From contig OX597814.1 of the NCBI GenBank assembly GCA_951406725.2, positions 28,768,001 through 28,832,000 of the forward strand: a stretch of 64,000 nucleotides of DNA, written 5' to 3'. Both the position numbers and the translations under genes were made by a program. The notes beneath the pieces are model-generated. The model was not told the DNA's origin and did no database searches. It saw only the letters and a program-made list of their open reading frames with translations. Positions within the stretch are counted from its first letter, which is position 1, and the number at the start of each line of letters is the position of its first letter. The stretch comes from Octopus vulgaris (Eukaryota). This document shows positions 25,626 through 37,683 of the stretch, in pieces.

Positions 25626-26974
25626 AAAGTACATGTGTATTTTTGCTTTCGTCTTTCTTCCACGTTTGTAACAAACAGCCGTTGCTTGAAAAATCTACCT
25701 TCACTTTAAACTCATTTTTCTTTAACTACATGTTTTTTCTTCTAATGTAATCGAAGTGTCTAGATAACTGAAATTGATAGCATCTTATTAAATGATGCAA
25801 CTTTGATTGTTGATTCTTCATAGACATTTTATTTAGAATTTTAATGTCAATACTTATCTGAAATTTAATCTTCGTCACATCTTTTTATTTATCCAACTTT
25901 AGCATTTCCATTTGTCTTTTTTTTTTTCATCATTGGATGTATGGGATAGTTTAAAAGAAATTTAGTTTAATAAGAAAATTTGAATTTATTAATTTAGTGC
26001 GGAAGATTGAATTGTATAGTAAGAAAAAAAATGAAACAAAAATAAAGAAAAACATTTTAAGCAATGTAGAAATGTTACTGAGATAACAAAGCCGTGAAAC
26101 ATGAAAATTAATGTTGAGACACAAAAATAATATAATATGGAAAAATTAATCGAATCAAAATGGAGAAATATTATTGAATAAATTACACGCCAATGCTTCG
26201 AAAATGTCACGATGATAATGTCGTGGGTTCGACTCCAGGACCGCGTCAAGCGTTGTATCCTTGAGTAAGGCTCTTCTTTCTACGTTATTCCAGTCCACCC
26301 AGCTGAAATGAGTATCAGCCGAGAGCTGGTGCAGCCATCTTTCTTTCTATTTGTCATATTTTTGTTGTTCTGTTGAATCAAAAAGTAGGTTGGAGGCGAA
26401 AGGTTGAATGCATCTGCTGGCAACCTCTTAGGCATCTAAAACAATGAACGTATGATATATGACAGCAGGTTGCATTTGCTTGTGAATGATGGCTTAGTTT
26501 TTTCACTTTTTTCTTTATCGATTTTGGAAAACCTAAGAGAGCTACATAGTAAACTAATGAAATCTTGTGCAAAAGTATGGCTTCATGGTTACGAAATTCA
26601 TTTCAAAACTATGTGGTTTCGTGTTCGATCTCATTGTGCAGTCCGAGATCTTACCATAACTCCGTCTCGACCAAACCCTTCTGAGTGAAATTTAGTTGAC
26701 GGAAACTATGCAAAATCTCGCCAGAAGTTATTATTCTTATTTAGCGGTGGTACAATTAATACGTCACCTGTGTAACATCATCACCTAGCCCTGGGGTACC
26801 ATTAGTTAACTCTACTCTTTTGCACACATTCGATACAGGTTTCCGACCAGATGACAACTTCCCCGCTTTCCTCCCCAATTCTTTTCAACACTCTATGAAG
26901 CCTTAAAAAAGTTATGAGTGCTTCCCTTTCTCCGCTAACTAATCAATTATAAAGTCTTCCTATTTTTTTCTACT

Positions 26975-27293
26975 CTACGCACAAGGTCCAAAATTTTGAG
27001 GTAGGGGGCAGTGGATTAGATCGACCCCAGTACACAACTGGTACTTAATTTATCGACTCCAAAAGGATGAAAGGCAAAGTCGACCTCGGCGGAATTTGAA
27101 CTCAGAACGTAAAGACAGACGAAACACCGCTAAGCATTTCGCTCGGCGTGCTAACGTTTCTTATTTCTTTACTGCCCACAAGGGGCTACACACAGAGGGG
27201 ACAAACAAGGACAGACAAACGAATTAAGTCGATTATATCAGCCCTAGTGCATTTCGCCCGGCGTGCTAACGGTTCTGCCAGCTCGCTGCCTTT
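26975..27293 (-). mobile_element. SINE A-like copy plus an internally deleted family A copy
   Basis: Family A sequence match. Confidence 0.8.
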
Positions 27294-27547
27294 ATAAAGA
27301 CTTCCAATTACCCTTCGCGGGGGAATACTGTATCGTGAAAGAGTATACCTTTTCGTGAGTAGAAAGAATGAAATATTAACTGGTTTTCTTCGTTTACGAA
27401 GTCCGACACTACAAGAAGGCATTATCAAATAGCCAGCCTGAAACGTTCTGACCAAAGCAGTAAAGTTCTAAATCCTCTCCCCCTAGCAACAAATCTGATA
27501 TAAGATTGCCTACTCTGCAACAACAGCCTCGACAACAACAACAACAG

Positions 27548-27549
27548 TA

Positions 27550-27588
<39 letters not shown>

Positions 27589-27611
27589 GCTGCTACTACT
27601 ACTACTACTAC

Positions 27612-27646
<35 letters not shown>

Positions 27647-27670
27647 CTACTACTACTACTACTACTACTG

Positions 27671-27730
<60 letters not shown>

Positions 27731-27760
27731 ATACTGCTGCTGATGCTGCTACTACTATTA
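27548..27760. repeat. (CTA)n trinucleotide array with an internal inverted (TAG)n block
   Basis: (cta)n to about 27612, (tag)n about 27612-27645, then (tac)n again. Confidence 0.95.
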
Positions 27761-28214
27761 CCACATTAAGTAATAAAAGAATGACTAGGACTGTGATGGA
27801 ACTCCGGCCTGTTGAGTTAATCGGTGTATAATATCGGGTTCTGATTTTCTATCGGGAAAAGAAATATTACAAAATCAATGAAAAAGGATCGATAAAGTGA
27901 TTGCATAAAAGATATTACGATTCAGTTTGGAAGCCAATCTGGTAACTGCAATAACTTGCAGCTAGGTTGAGGAAAATCTTCCTGAAAGCAGTGGCTGTCA
28001 TTTAGATCGATGTGTCTGGTAATAAATTGATTATCTGTCACTCGGAGTAGAGTTAGAGTTGATTAAAATGGCTGTCTGTATACAGTACGGCTTTTGTAAT
28101 GTGAAAATACTGCTGGGTACATAGAGAGCTTAAGAAAGGTGAAAGGAGACTGTTAAGTACGTGATTTGACAAGAAATGTTATAAGTTAAGTCCGAGATTT
28201 GACAAGGACTTTAA

Positions 28215-29010
28215 TACAGTTCTATATTTAAGAGATGAAGAATTATGTACGTTATTTACATTTGACGAATATTTGTCCTCATCTTTTTTGTTGTTAACAC
28301 AGCGTTTCGGCTGATATATCCTCCAGCCTTCATCAGGTGTCTTCGGGAAATTTCGAACATGGGTTCTCATTCCTGAGGTAGTTTTCGATATTGTTAATAT
28401 TATTATTATTATTCAGGTCACTGCCTGGAATCGAACTCGGAATTGCCCGTGGGCAATTATAGAGTGAATTTTAGGGCTTATAAATCTAATATTCACCTAT
28501 CCTTCCTTAATACCGGTTCCCATATGCTGTTCGCATCTGCACTCGGTCTGCTTAGGAGGTTGTTGTGTCCTAGCATATGTGCTGCTTCTTTTAGTTTTCG
28601 TATTTTCCAGTGGTATTCTCTGTCTATTATTTTAACTTCATCCCATAGGGAGAGGTGTTCTCCATTTTTCCATACATGATTAGCTATACCCAATTTGTCA
28701 ATATCTCTCCGTGTCACAGCTTTGCGATGTTCCGCTACCCTTATTTTGAGGGAGTGGTATGTTTCGCCTTTGTATAACCTACCAAGCTGCATGGGATGGA
28801 GTAGACGCAGTTCTTTGTCATATTCTCTTCTATTGGTGGTTTTACTCGAAGGAGATATTTGCGAAGTGTTGTATCACTTTTGAATATTGTCCTGATGTCA
28901 TATGGGCTGCATATCGTTTGTATCTTTTAGGAGAGGCCTTTCACATAGGGTAGACAGATTGTGGACAGTTTATTGGTTTCATCCTCTCTCATCCATAGTG
29001 CATGACATTT
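28215..29010 (-). mobile_element. 5'-truncated Penelope-like element (Penelope/Poseidon type): linker + GIY-YIG endonuclease + pseudo-LTR
   Basis: LPYVKGLS*KIQTICSPYDIRTIFKSDTTLRKYLLRVKPPIEENMTKNCVYSIPCS / GRLYKGETYHSLKIRVAEHRKAV...ANHVW..GEH...DEVKIIDRE.HW..RKLKEAAH. Stop and frameshift present; hammerhead in the downstream repeat. Confidence 0.9.
28296..28341 (-). ncRNA. Minimal hammerhead ribozyme motif (cleavage triplet mutated)
   Basis: GACAC-CUGAUGA-A-GGCUG...CAGCC-GAAA-CG-CU-GUGUU; U16.1 is C in this copy. Confidence 0.65.
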
Positions 29011-29072
29011 GTCATGTATATATATATATATCCGTATGCGTGTGTGTGTACATATATATACATTTATATATA

Positions 29073-30316
29073 CAGTGTGTTCGCGATAAATTTGACAGTT
29101 AGCATAAAAGAAAACACAATAACACCCCAAAATAAAGTGTTTTAATCAAAAATATCAACTAGATTATGGCTGGGAGATAACAGTGTACACAAAGTAGCTG
29201 CCCTCAGTTTCTCCCGAGGCCTCAAGATGACTCCGGAACCTGACACAAGCTTTCCTCACTGTGTCCCTGGGAATATCTTCGAACACCTCCTTGATCTTGG
29301 CCATCAAATCGGCCTTGGTGTTGCAGGCAGAGAGGTTGATGTCTTTCTTAACCGCGCCCTACACAGTAATCTATGGGATTACAATCAAGGAAATTAAGTG
29401 GCCAGAAATTGGGGTTGGTGAAGTCATTGGAATTCTCTGACAACTACTTCTGACTCTTTCAAGAGGTATGACAAGTAGCCGAATGTTGCTGCAATACATA
29501 TGACCTTCGAGCAGCAACACACATGGTCTCTCCAGCCAGGGTTTGACCAGGGTTTCCAGTAATTTCCCATAGACGTCTGAGTCTAAGAACCTGTACAAGG
29601 ATGTGAGGACGGCGTGACGTCATTCTCACTGGTGGCTCACCCAGAGACCATCATGGTTTACAATACATAGGACATCCCATGGATTGTAGGTAAGCCACTT
29701 GTTGTAGGTGTTGTGCAATTGGTCCTCGTAGAAGTTCTTTTCATCTGAGAAGAACCAGATCATCACCGGCTCAACAGGATGCCTCATCTTATTCAGCAGC
29801 TTCTTTGCCATCGTCAAGTGGCTCTTCTTAGCCTTGGCCGTCAGAATTTGTTCATTGCACCTCTTGTGAGAGTTGCAGCGAAGGCACTCATTGAGAGCCA
29901 GCTTCACGCTTGCAATTTCAACAACCATCTCTCTTCCCAAATTTCGGATTCCATTGCTCGGATAGTCCATCATCTGGTCCTGCAGTTGCTGGATACCAGC
30001 TTCCCTCTGAACACCTTTTGTGACCCTTTCCTGCTTGTCACAGCTTCGTGGTCTCCATTGCAGTTCTCCATGTCTCGTATTACAGCCTTTACAATATTCA
30101 CAGAGCGCTGAGCAGTAGTTATGATGCCGGCATTTTGATGCCCAGCGCGAATAATCATGATACATATAACTCTTCCCACATCCAGATGGCTTCCAGTCTT
30201 CTATGTCAACTATAATTTTAATCTTAATACACTCTAGCGCCGTTCACTGTTCAATAATACATCAAACTGTTCCTGAGATACGTAAAATATCGTCAAATTT
30301 AACCCGAGCGCCATTC
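29073..30316 (-). mobile_element. Decayed full-length Tc1/mariner-superfamily transposon, probably DD37D (maT)
   Basis: Degenerate TIRs (TA)cagtgtgttcgcgataaatttgac / gtcaaatttaacccgagcgcca. Motifs IWFFSDEKNF and WPLNFLDCNPIDYCV*GAV...ACNTKADLMAKIKEVF. Confidence 0.8.
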
Positions 30317-30321
30317 ATATA

Positions 30322-30728
30322 TCTTTATATATAAAAGTGAAGTTGTGTGTCTGTCTCCTACGATTTAGATTCCTAACTACTCCCACATTTTGCGGTGCAG
30401 TGTAACCAAAAGCGGGTATCTTATGGTCGTGATTCATATCGAGCCCTTCTGTGTATTAGCGCGCGTCTACGATGAGTCTACGATGAGTCTACGATTTAAA
30501 AAAAATTTAACATAATTTTTCCGCATTTTTAATGCATTTTCGCTCGGTTTATATAAGGGAAGTAACTCTCTAAAAATGTATTATTAAATCTCAGAACGTA
30601 AAAAGCTACAGTAACCCCCCCCCTTTGTGGTTAGCCATATTGAGATGGCTATTATACTTTACATCTCTAAAAATGCTTATATAGTTATTTCCCTTACAAA
30701 CCCGAGCAACGCCGGGCGATACTGCTAG
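30322..30728 (+). mobile_element. Non-autonomous Helitron
   Basis: A|TCtttatatataaa 5' end, 3' GC hairpin cccgagcaacgccggg, CTAG|T terminus, no TSD. Confidence 0.88.
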
Positions 30729-31099
30729 TTTGTTATAAACAAGACAAATGACGAAATCAGTTCCTGGATTTTATTGTTTATTAATTGTTGTTGTTCGATT
30801 CCAGACTCTTCGATTTTCTCGTTCTTCGTCCCAATGGAACCGGTAAGTATCAGCAATAAACTAGAAACGTCTCGATTTTCTACATCCGTTCCCCTGAGAA
30901 ATCTACGGGATTTATTTATATTTGAACATTGTTAATAAATTTGCCCGTATGTTACACGCTTGTATTTGCCTCTATTTGTTACATGCACACAGTGACAAGC
31001 ACAACCACCACTCTCTCCTCTTTCTTTCTTTCTTTCTTTCTTTCTCTCTCCCCCACACACACCCATACGCACACATACACACACACACACACACACACC

Positions 31100-31300
31100 C
31101 ACAAACATATAACTTTTATCTTTTACTTGCGGCCATGCTGGACCTTGCCTTGAATGATTTAATCGAAAAAATCGACCAAATTCTTAACTTCTTTTAAAGT
31201 CTGGTATTTATTGTCATTTTCTTTTGCTGCTAAATCACGGGAAGATAAACAAACGAACACTTGTGGTCAAGTGGAAGGAGAACATAGACAAAGACACAGA
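31100..31300 (-). mobile_element. Degenerate 3' half of SINE family B
   Basis: ttttacttgcggccatgctgga...aatcgacc...gctaaatcacggg. Confidence 0.55.
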
Positions 31301-31303
31301 CAG

Positions 31304-31362
<59 letters not shown>

Positions 31363-31414
31363 TTCATATGTGTGTATACATATATATATGTATATATATA
31401 TATATATATTTATG

Positions 31415-31497
<83 letters not shown>

Positions 31498-31502
<5 letters not shown>

Positions 31503-32150
31503 AATCAAGGAACGGCCATAATGGGCCATTCACCCACTAGAAATAACAGCCAAAGCTTCAACCGCAAAACAACATTAATTCCGCAAACCAGGAGAAAATT
31601 AAAAAAACATTTACCCTGTAATTTCTTATACGATGCACCGTTTCATCTATTGTTTAATGGTAAACTAACCTGATTAAATTAAATCAAGCCAATCTCCATA
31701 GGCCGATAGATTCGTCAGTAAGAACAGCCAGATCGGAGCAGATATTTTCACGAGGCACTTCAATCCCTGCCTCGGCAATATCTGACCTAAAATTTTCAAA
31801 TCATCGCACTCGCGCCAAATTTATCGGCAGCAAATATAAGCCGTCGATTCCATTACGGAATTAACCAGAAAATTCATAATTAATCAATATAGGGTGGCAA
31901 AAAATTTCGTAGAATTTTTTTGCCACCAGCGGCCTAGTGGGAAAAAATTAAATAGTCATAGACCATTTATAAGTTCAACATCACAATCAAGGAACGGCCA
32001 TAATGGGCCATTCACCCACTAGAAATAACAGCCAAAGCTTCAACCGCAAAACAACTTATAAATGGTCTATGACTATTTAATTTTTTCCCACTAGGCCGCT
32101 GGTGGCAAAAAAATTCTACGAAATTTTTTGCCACCCTATATTGATTAATT
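31498..32150. mobile_element. PLE-type insertion with direct and inverted terminal duplications, inside (TA)n
   Basis: 31498-31574 is repeated directly at 31980-32056; about 32053-32151 is the inverted copy of about 31878-31976; (TA)n on both sides. Confidence 0.65.
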
Positions 32151-32301
32151 ATATATATATATATATATATAGGGAAACCACATGTATTGAAATTTTTTCT
32201 GATTTTTCAGATTTTTTATATGCTAGGCTACTGGTTTTAAATCAATATTAATTAAACTAATATTCAATTTATCTCCCTCATTATTTAAATTCATATATAT
32301 A

Positions 32302-32693
32302 CTAGCAATATCGCCCGGCGTTGCTCGGGTTTGTAAGGGAAATAACTATAAAGCATTTTTAGAGAGTCATAGCCAAAAAATAGCAAAAAATGCATTAAAA
32401 ATGGAAAAAAAATTATGGTAAATTTTTTTTTAAATCGTTGACTCATCGTAGACATTTTTAGAGAGTTACTTCCCTTATATTTAAAAAAAATATGCATTAA
32501 AATGGAAAAAAATGATGGTAAATTATTTTTTAAATCGTAGACTCATCGTAGACGCGCGCTAATACCCAGAAGGGCTCGATATGAATCACGACTATAAGAT
32601 ACCCGGTTTTGGTTAAACTGCACCGCAAAATGTGGGAGTAGTTAGGAATCTAAATTGGAGTAGACAGACACACAACCTTTCTTTTATATATAA

Positions 32694-32696
<3 letters not shown>
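32302..32696 (-). mobile_element. Non-autonomous Helitron (same family as 30322-30728)
   Basis: Reverse complement has a TC start, the cccgagcaacgccggg hairpin and a CTAG end. Confidence 0.88.
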
Positions 32697-32766
<70 letters not shown>

Positions 32767-32767
32767 A

Positions 32768-33108
32768 ATGGAAGACCCCGCCCTTCGGTCATGAATGACC
32801 ATACGATTGCACCTAGAAAGTTACCCTCCGAGGTACAAGTCCGTCAAGATTGTTTATGGAAAGCCAGCAGTCGCCCATGCATACCAGCCTCTCCTCTCCA
32901 CACCACTAATGTTATCCAAGGGAAAGGCAAAAGCCGATACGTACGGCTTGGTGCCAGTGATGTCGCAGCTCATTTCTACAGGTGAGTTAACTGGAGCAAC
33001 GCGAAATAAAGTGTCTTGCTCAAGAACACAACATGCAGCCCGGTCCGGGAATCGAACTCACAACCTCGCGATTGTAAGCTCGACGCTCTAACCACTGAGC
33101 CATGCGCC
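32768..33108 (-). mobile_element. tRNA-derived SINE family D with RTE-like tail
   Basis: Head ggcgcatggctcagtggttagagcgtcgagcttacaatc...gagttcgattccc; central gtgttcttgagcaagacact; tail gcaat..atggtcattcatgaccgaaggg resembles the RTE 3' end at 15450-15490. Confidence 0.88.
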
Positions 33109-33199
33109 GTGGTCTGGTTTTAAAATATAATAATAAGAAACGTGAAGACCAGACCATACTGTAACTTTATCTACTGATATATTTATTCTATACATATTT

Positions 33200-33508
33200 A
33201 CACAAATTCGGGGCGCGCACGCACATATCCACAGATGCACATACATACCTCCTCTTACACTCTCCTGTCTTAGAAAGAACTTTTTCTTCACCCATTCCCT
33301 TCCGGTCATTTCAAAATGTAACCACATGTGAATCGTTGGTGATTTTCTTCTTTTCTATTGGACTTTCTTCTGTTTCTGAAGAAGAAGCGTTGCTCGAAAC
33401 GTTAAACCATCTTTCTTTCCTTCCCTGAGCGAATGCTAATACTTCTTTACATGTACCACGTCCTCGCGTTGTTGTTTTTTGTCTGTTGTTCTTTTTTGGG
33501 ATTTACTA
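33200..33508 (+). mobile_element. PLE pseudo-LTR terminal module
   Basis: Same family as 23270-23436; ends at (TA)n. Confidence 0.7.
33372..33407 (+). ncRNA. Minimal hammerhead ribozyme
   Basis: GUUU-CUGAAGA-stem II(agc guu gcu)-GAAA-CG-UU^AAAC; stem I GUUU/AAAC is perfect. Confidence 0.7.
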
Positions 33509-33524
33509 TATATATATATATATA

Positions 33525-33880
33525 AACAGGTGAGTGGACAAACGAAAGAAGGGTACTCAACAAATTTACTGGGAGCTACATGTATGGATCAAAACAGTTT
33601 GATTCAAATTCTGAGTTTCAAGCGTGATGCTAATCTTCAGCAATTTGGAATTTGAATGAGAAAGGTTGATTGTTATTAGCGTAAGGTAATAACAATCGTA
33701 AGGTAGGCTGCGATTGATCGAGGGAAGTCACACAACGTCGAGGTTTGATGTTGGTATATCAGCAACAACAATTATTTGGAAAATACTGCATGGTGAACAA
33801 GAAATCGCCCGCGTGGTGGACAGGAAATTGGTCGCGTTGTTCGAGGGTAAGTAGGAAGGAGTGGGGTATGTGCAAACATA
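33525..33880 (-). mobile_element. PLE-type pLTR module (related to 40625-40800) with a degenerate hammerhead at about 33607-33650
   Basis: Shared gaagggtactcaaca...ggatcaaaacagtttgattcaaattc; minus strand ctgaaga-ttagcatcacgctt-gaaactcaga. Confidence 0.5.
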
Positions 33881-33896
33881 TAGTTGCATATATATG

Positions 33897-34093
33897 TATT
33901 TCACTACTGCCCACAAGGGGCTAAACACAGAGGGGACATACGGATTATGTCGATTACATCAACCCCAGGGCGTAACTAGTACTTAATTTATCGACCCCGA
34001 AAGGATGAAATTTGAACTCAGAACGTAACAGCAGACGAAATACGGCAACGCATTTCGCCCGGCGTGCTAACGAGTCTGCCAGCCCGCCGCCTT
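33897..34093 (-). mobile_element. SINE family A, monomer with deletions
   Basis: Family A match. Confidence 0.8.
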
Positions 34094-34637
34094 GCATATA
34101 TATGTGTGTGGACGAAATCATATGGTTTTGCATGTATGTCTGTATCGATTTGGGCGTATGCAGCAGTACATGGGCGCATACACCATTAGCAGAAAATGAG
34201 AAAAAGACTGATTCAAGATATTTTGTGAATGGACACTCCAAGATAAATCTCAAAGACATGAGAAGCAGCAGGCCAGGGATGGTACCTGAAGATCATTGCT
34301 GCTTTACATTCCTTGCGGTATTGTATGCTTGCACACGCATACACACACACACACACACACACACACGCAAGCACACACATCTGTATATGTTTAGAAGTGC
34401 GTAGCCATATGAATAAATAAGTGTATATCATTTGTCTCAACGTACGTTTCGCCATTGTGGTTGTTTGGGGCTCTGCATTGGATGTTCCAAATGCTACTAG
34501 ACACTTAACTACAGCGGATCATCAGGGAAGACCTTTTCAAATTATGCTACAGAGAAATAACGTGTGAACAATGATAATCTGCTTTAGAGATCTAAACTTA
34601 ACGATTGTCGTACATATATTTGTTCACACAAGCTACA

Positions 34638-34702
<65 letters not shown>

Positions 34703-34789
34703 AATCCAAACGGGAAAACAAAAAAACAACAACAATGGAACAATTACAGTATTATTATTAATAGGCGCTCAGGAAATGGAAGCAGGAGG

Positions 34790-34824
34790 GTATGACGTTT
34801 CGAGCGGAGCTCTTCGTCGGAAAC
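34790..34824 (-). ncRNA. Minimal hammerhead ribozyme (U4C core variant)
   Basis: GUUU-CCGACGA-A-GAGC(ucc)GCUC-GAAA-CG-UC^AUAC. Confidence 0.6.
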
Positions 34825-35544
34825 ATAAAGAAGGAAGAGAGAGGAAAGAAAGATCCCAAAGCGGGATAGAGAAAAAAACGACTGGTGTTTACGAGTTACA
34901 CATGGTGAAAGGCGGAAGTTTACGATAACAAGTAGGTTTTTTAGCCAAAAGAGTGGAGACAAGGTTGGTAACGCAACAGATGTGTGTGTATGTGTGAGTG
35001 TGTGCGTGTGCGTGTGTGTATGTGTGTGTGTGAGGCGAGATAAAAAAACAAAAAATATATGTATGTGTTAGTGTGTGCGTCTGTGTATAGGCGTGTGAGG
35101 TAGGGCGAGACAGTGGTAGGCATAGCAGACAATGGTCAGTAGTAAGAAAAAGAAGGAAGGAGGAAGGGAGGGAGGGGAAGGGGTGGGGGCGTATGTAGCG
35201 TGCCAGCGTGTATTGAGTAGTAGTGTGTGTGTGTGTCCAGTGTCGTGGTAGTATTAATGGCGAGTAGATTGAATGTGTGTAAGAGTAATGTATATATTTA
35301 AGCAATGTGTGTATATGTGTGCGCGTGTGTGTAACAAAAAAGGGGGGTTAAGGAAAAAGGACTCCAGCTGAGGGGAAGATGGAAGAGTGGTCCCGCGGAG
35401 ACGGGCGTGGGAAAACCCAACGACAAGCGACGGTCCCAGGAACGAGCGGGAGGTCTCGTCGGGTCCAAGAGCGAGGTGCATGCGGCGCGTATGCGTGCGC
35501 GAACCGGCGCAAGCGCGTGTGTGCGCGCGCCTGCGAGTATGCGC

Positions 35545-35661
35545 GTAAGTATATATGTGTGTGGATGTGTGAGTGTGTCTGTGTGTATGTCTGGGTGTCA
35601 GTGTGTCCGATGAGTGTATGTGAGTATGTGTGTATATATGTGTGTGCATAGATGTATGTCC

Positions 35662-35692
<31 letters not shown>

Positions 35693-37050
35693 AGTGTGTA
35701 TGTATGTACGTGTGGGTGTGTGGAAGTGTGTGTATGTGCATGTGTGTGCGCGTACATACAGGTGTGTGAGTGAGTGTGTGTGTGTGTATGTATGTGTGAG
35801 TGTGTATGTATGTGTGTGTAGGATGCATGTATGTGTATGGGTGTATGTATGCGTGTGTGTATGTATGTATGTATACCTGCGTGTGTGTGTGTATGCGTGT
35901 AGGTGTGCGCGTGTGCATGCATGCATGCATGTGCGTATGTGTGTGTGTGTGCATGTGTGTGGGTATATATGTATGTGCGTATATGTGTGTGTATGTGCGT
36001 ACATGTGTGTGTGTGTATGCATGTGTGTGTATGTAGGTGTGTAGGCGTGTGTGTATAGGTGTATGTATGTAAGTATGTATGGGTGTGTCCGTGTATGTGT
36101 GTGTAGGTATGTGTGTGTATGTAGGTGTGTGGGCGTGTGTATATGTGTGTGTATGTAGGTGTGTGGGCGTGTGTATATAGGTGTATGTATGTATGTCTGG
36201 GTGTGTCCGTGCATGTTTGTGTGTGTGTGTGTATGCATGTGTATGTAGGTGTGTGTGTACGTGTGTAATGTATGTGTGTATGCGTGTGTGTGCGTGTGTA
36301 TGCGTGCGTGTGTGTATGTAGGTGCGTGTGTATGTGTGTGGGAGTGTAAGTGTGTGTGTGCGTGTGCGTGTTTATGTTGGTGTGTGCGTATGTGAGTGTG
36401 AGTGTATGGGTGTTTGTCATGCATGTGTGTGCGCGTGCAGGTGAGTGTGTGTGTAAGTATGTGTGTGTATGTTTGTGTGAGTGTGTATGTGTGTATGTCT
36501 GTGTGTATGTATGTGCGTATAGGAGTATGTAGGTATGTGTGTGTGTGTGTATGGGTATATGTATGTATGTGTGTGTGTGCATGTGTATAAGTATATGTGT
36601 GTGTGCGTATGTGTGTATGTGTGTGTGTTTATGTATGTGTGTATGTATGTGTGTAGGTGTGTGTGTGTAGATGTATGTATGTATGTATGGGTGTGTGTCT
36701 GTGTGTGTTTGTGTGTGTGTGTAGGTAGGTGTGTGTGTCTGAGTGAGGGTATGGCTGTGTAGGTGTTTGTGTGTATGAATGTAAGTGTGTGTGTATACAA
36801 GTGTAATGTATGTATGTAGGTGTGTGTGTGTGTGTATGTGTACGTGTGCGTGTGTATGTGTGTGTGTGTATGCGTGTGAGTGTGAGTGTATGGGTGTATG
36901 TCTGTGTGTGTGTATGTCTGAAGTAGGTATGTGTGTGTATGTATTATGTGTGTGTGTGTGCGGGTATGTGTGTGTGTGTGTATGTGTGTGTGTGAGTAGG
37001 TGTGCGTGTATGTATGTGGGCAGGGATGCATGCGAGTGTGTGGGTATGTA
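35545..37050. repeat. Long degenerate (TG/TA/TAGG) low-complexity tract
   Basis: Direct inspection; source of the 625 aa His/Thr ORF. Confidence 0.9.
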
Positions 37051-37683
37051 TGCATACATACGCACGCGCACATCCGAAGCAAGCCCACACACACGAAGCG
37101 CGCTCACGCACACAACGCACAAGCAGTACAACGCAAGCCCAAGGGGCCGACCAAGCCCCCAGCGCGCGAGCGCAAAGGCCCTCGAACGCCTCGCTACGCG
37201 GGAACCGAGGATCCATCAGCCAAAACCGGAAAGCAGAAAAGAGGGGGGGCTGCCTGGATGCAAAAAGGTGTATGTGTGTGTGCATTCAGTGTAAGGGTGT
37301 GCATGTGTGGGTATGTATGTATGTGTGTGCCTACATGTATGTGTGCATGTGTGTGTGTGTGAAGTATGTACGTGCGGTGTGTGTGTGTGAGTGTGTGTGT
37401 ATGTATGTGCGTATGTATGTGTGTATGTATGTGTGTATGTATGTCTGTGTGTGTGTGTGTGTGTGTAAGTATGTATGTGTGTGTATGTATGTATGTGTGT
37501 GTGTATGTGCATGTTGGTTTGTATGTTAGTGAGTGCGTGTATGTCTATAAATGTGTGTGATTAAATGTGTGAATGTATGTACGTAGATGGGTCTACGTAT
37601 GTGTGTGTGTGAACAGGCGTGTGGGAGGTAGGTGGGTGGGTGTGTGTGGGTGGTGTATCCGGAAAAAAAAAAAAAAGCGGATC

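Noticed and set aside
35254-37131. 625 aa His/Thr-rich ORF and overlapping ORFs
   Set aside because: Translation of degenerate (CA)n, which lacks stops by composition; several frames are open and there is no domain signal.
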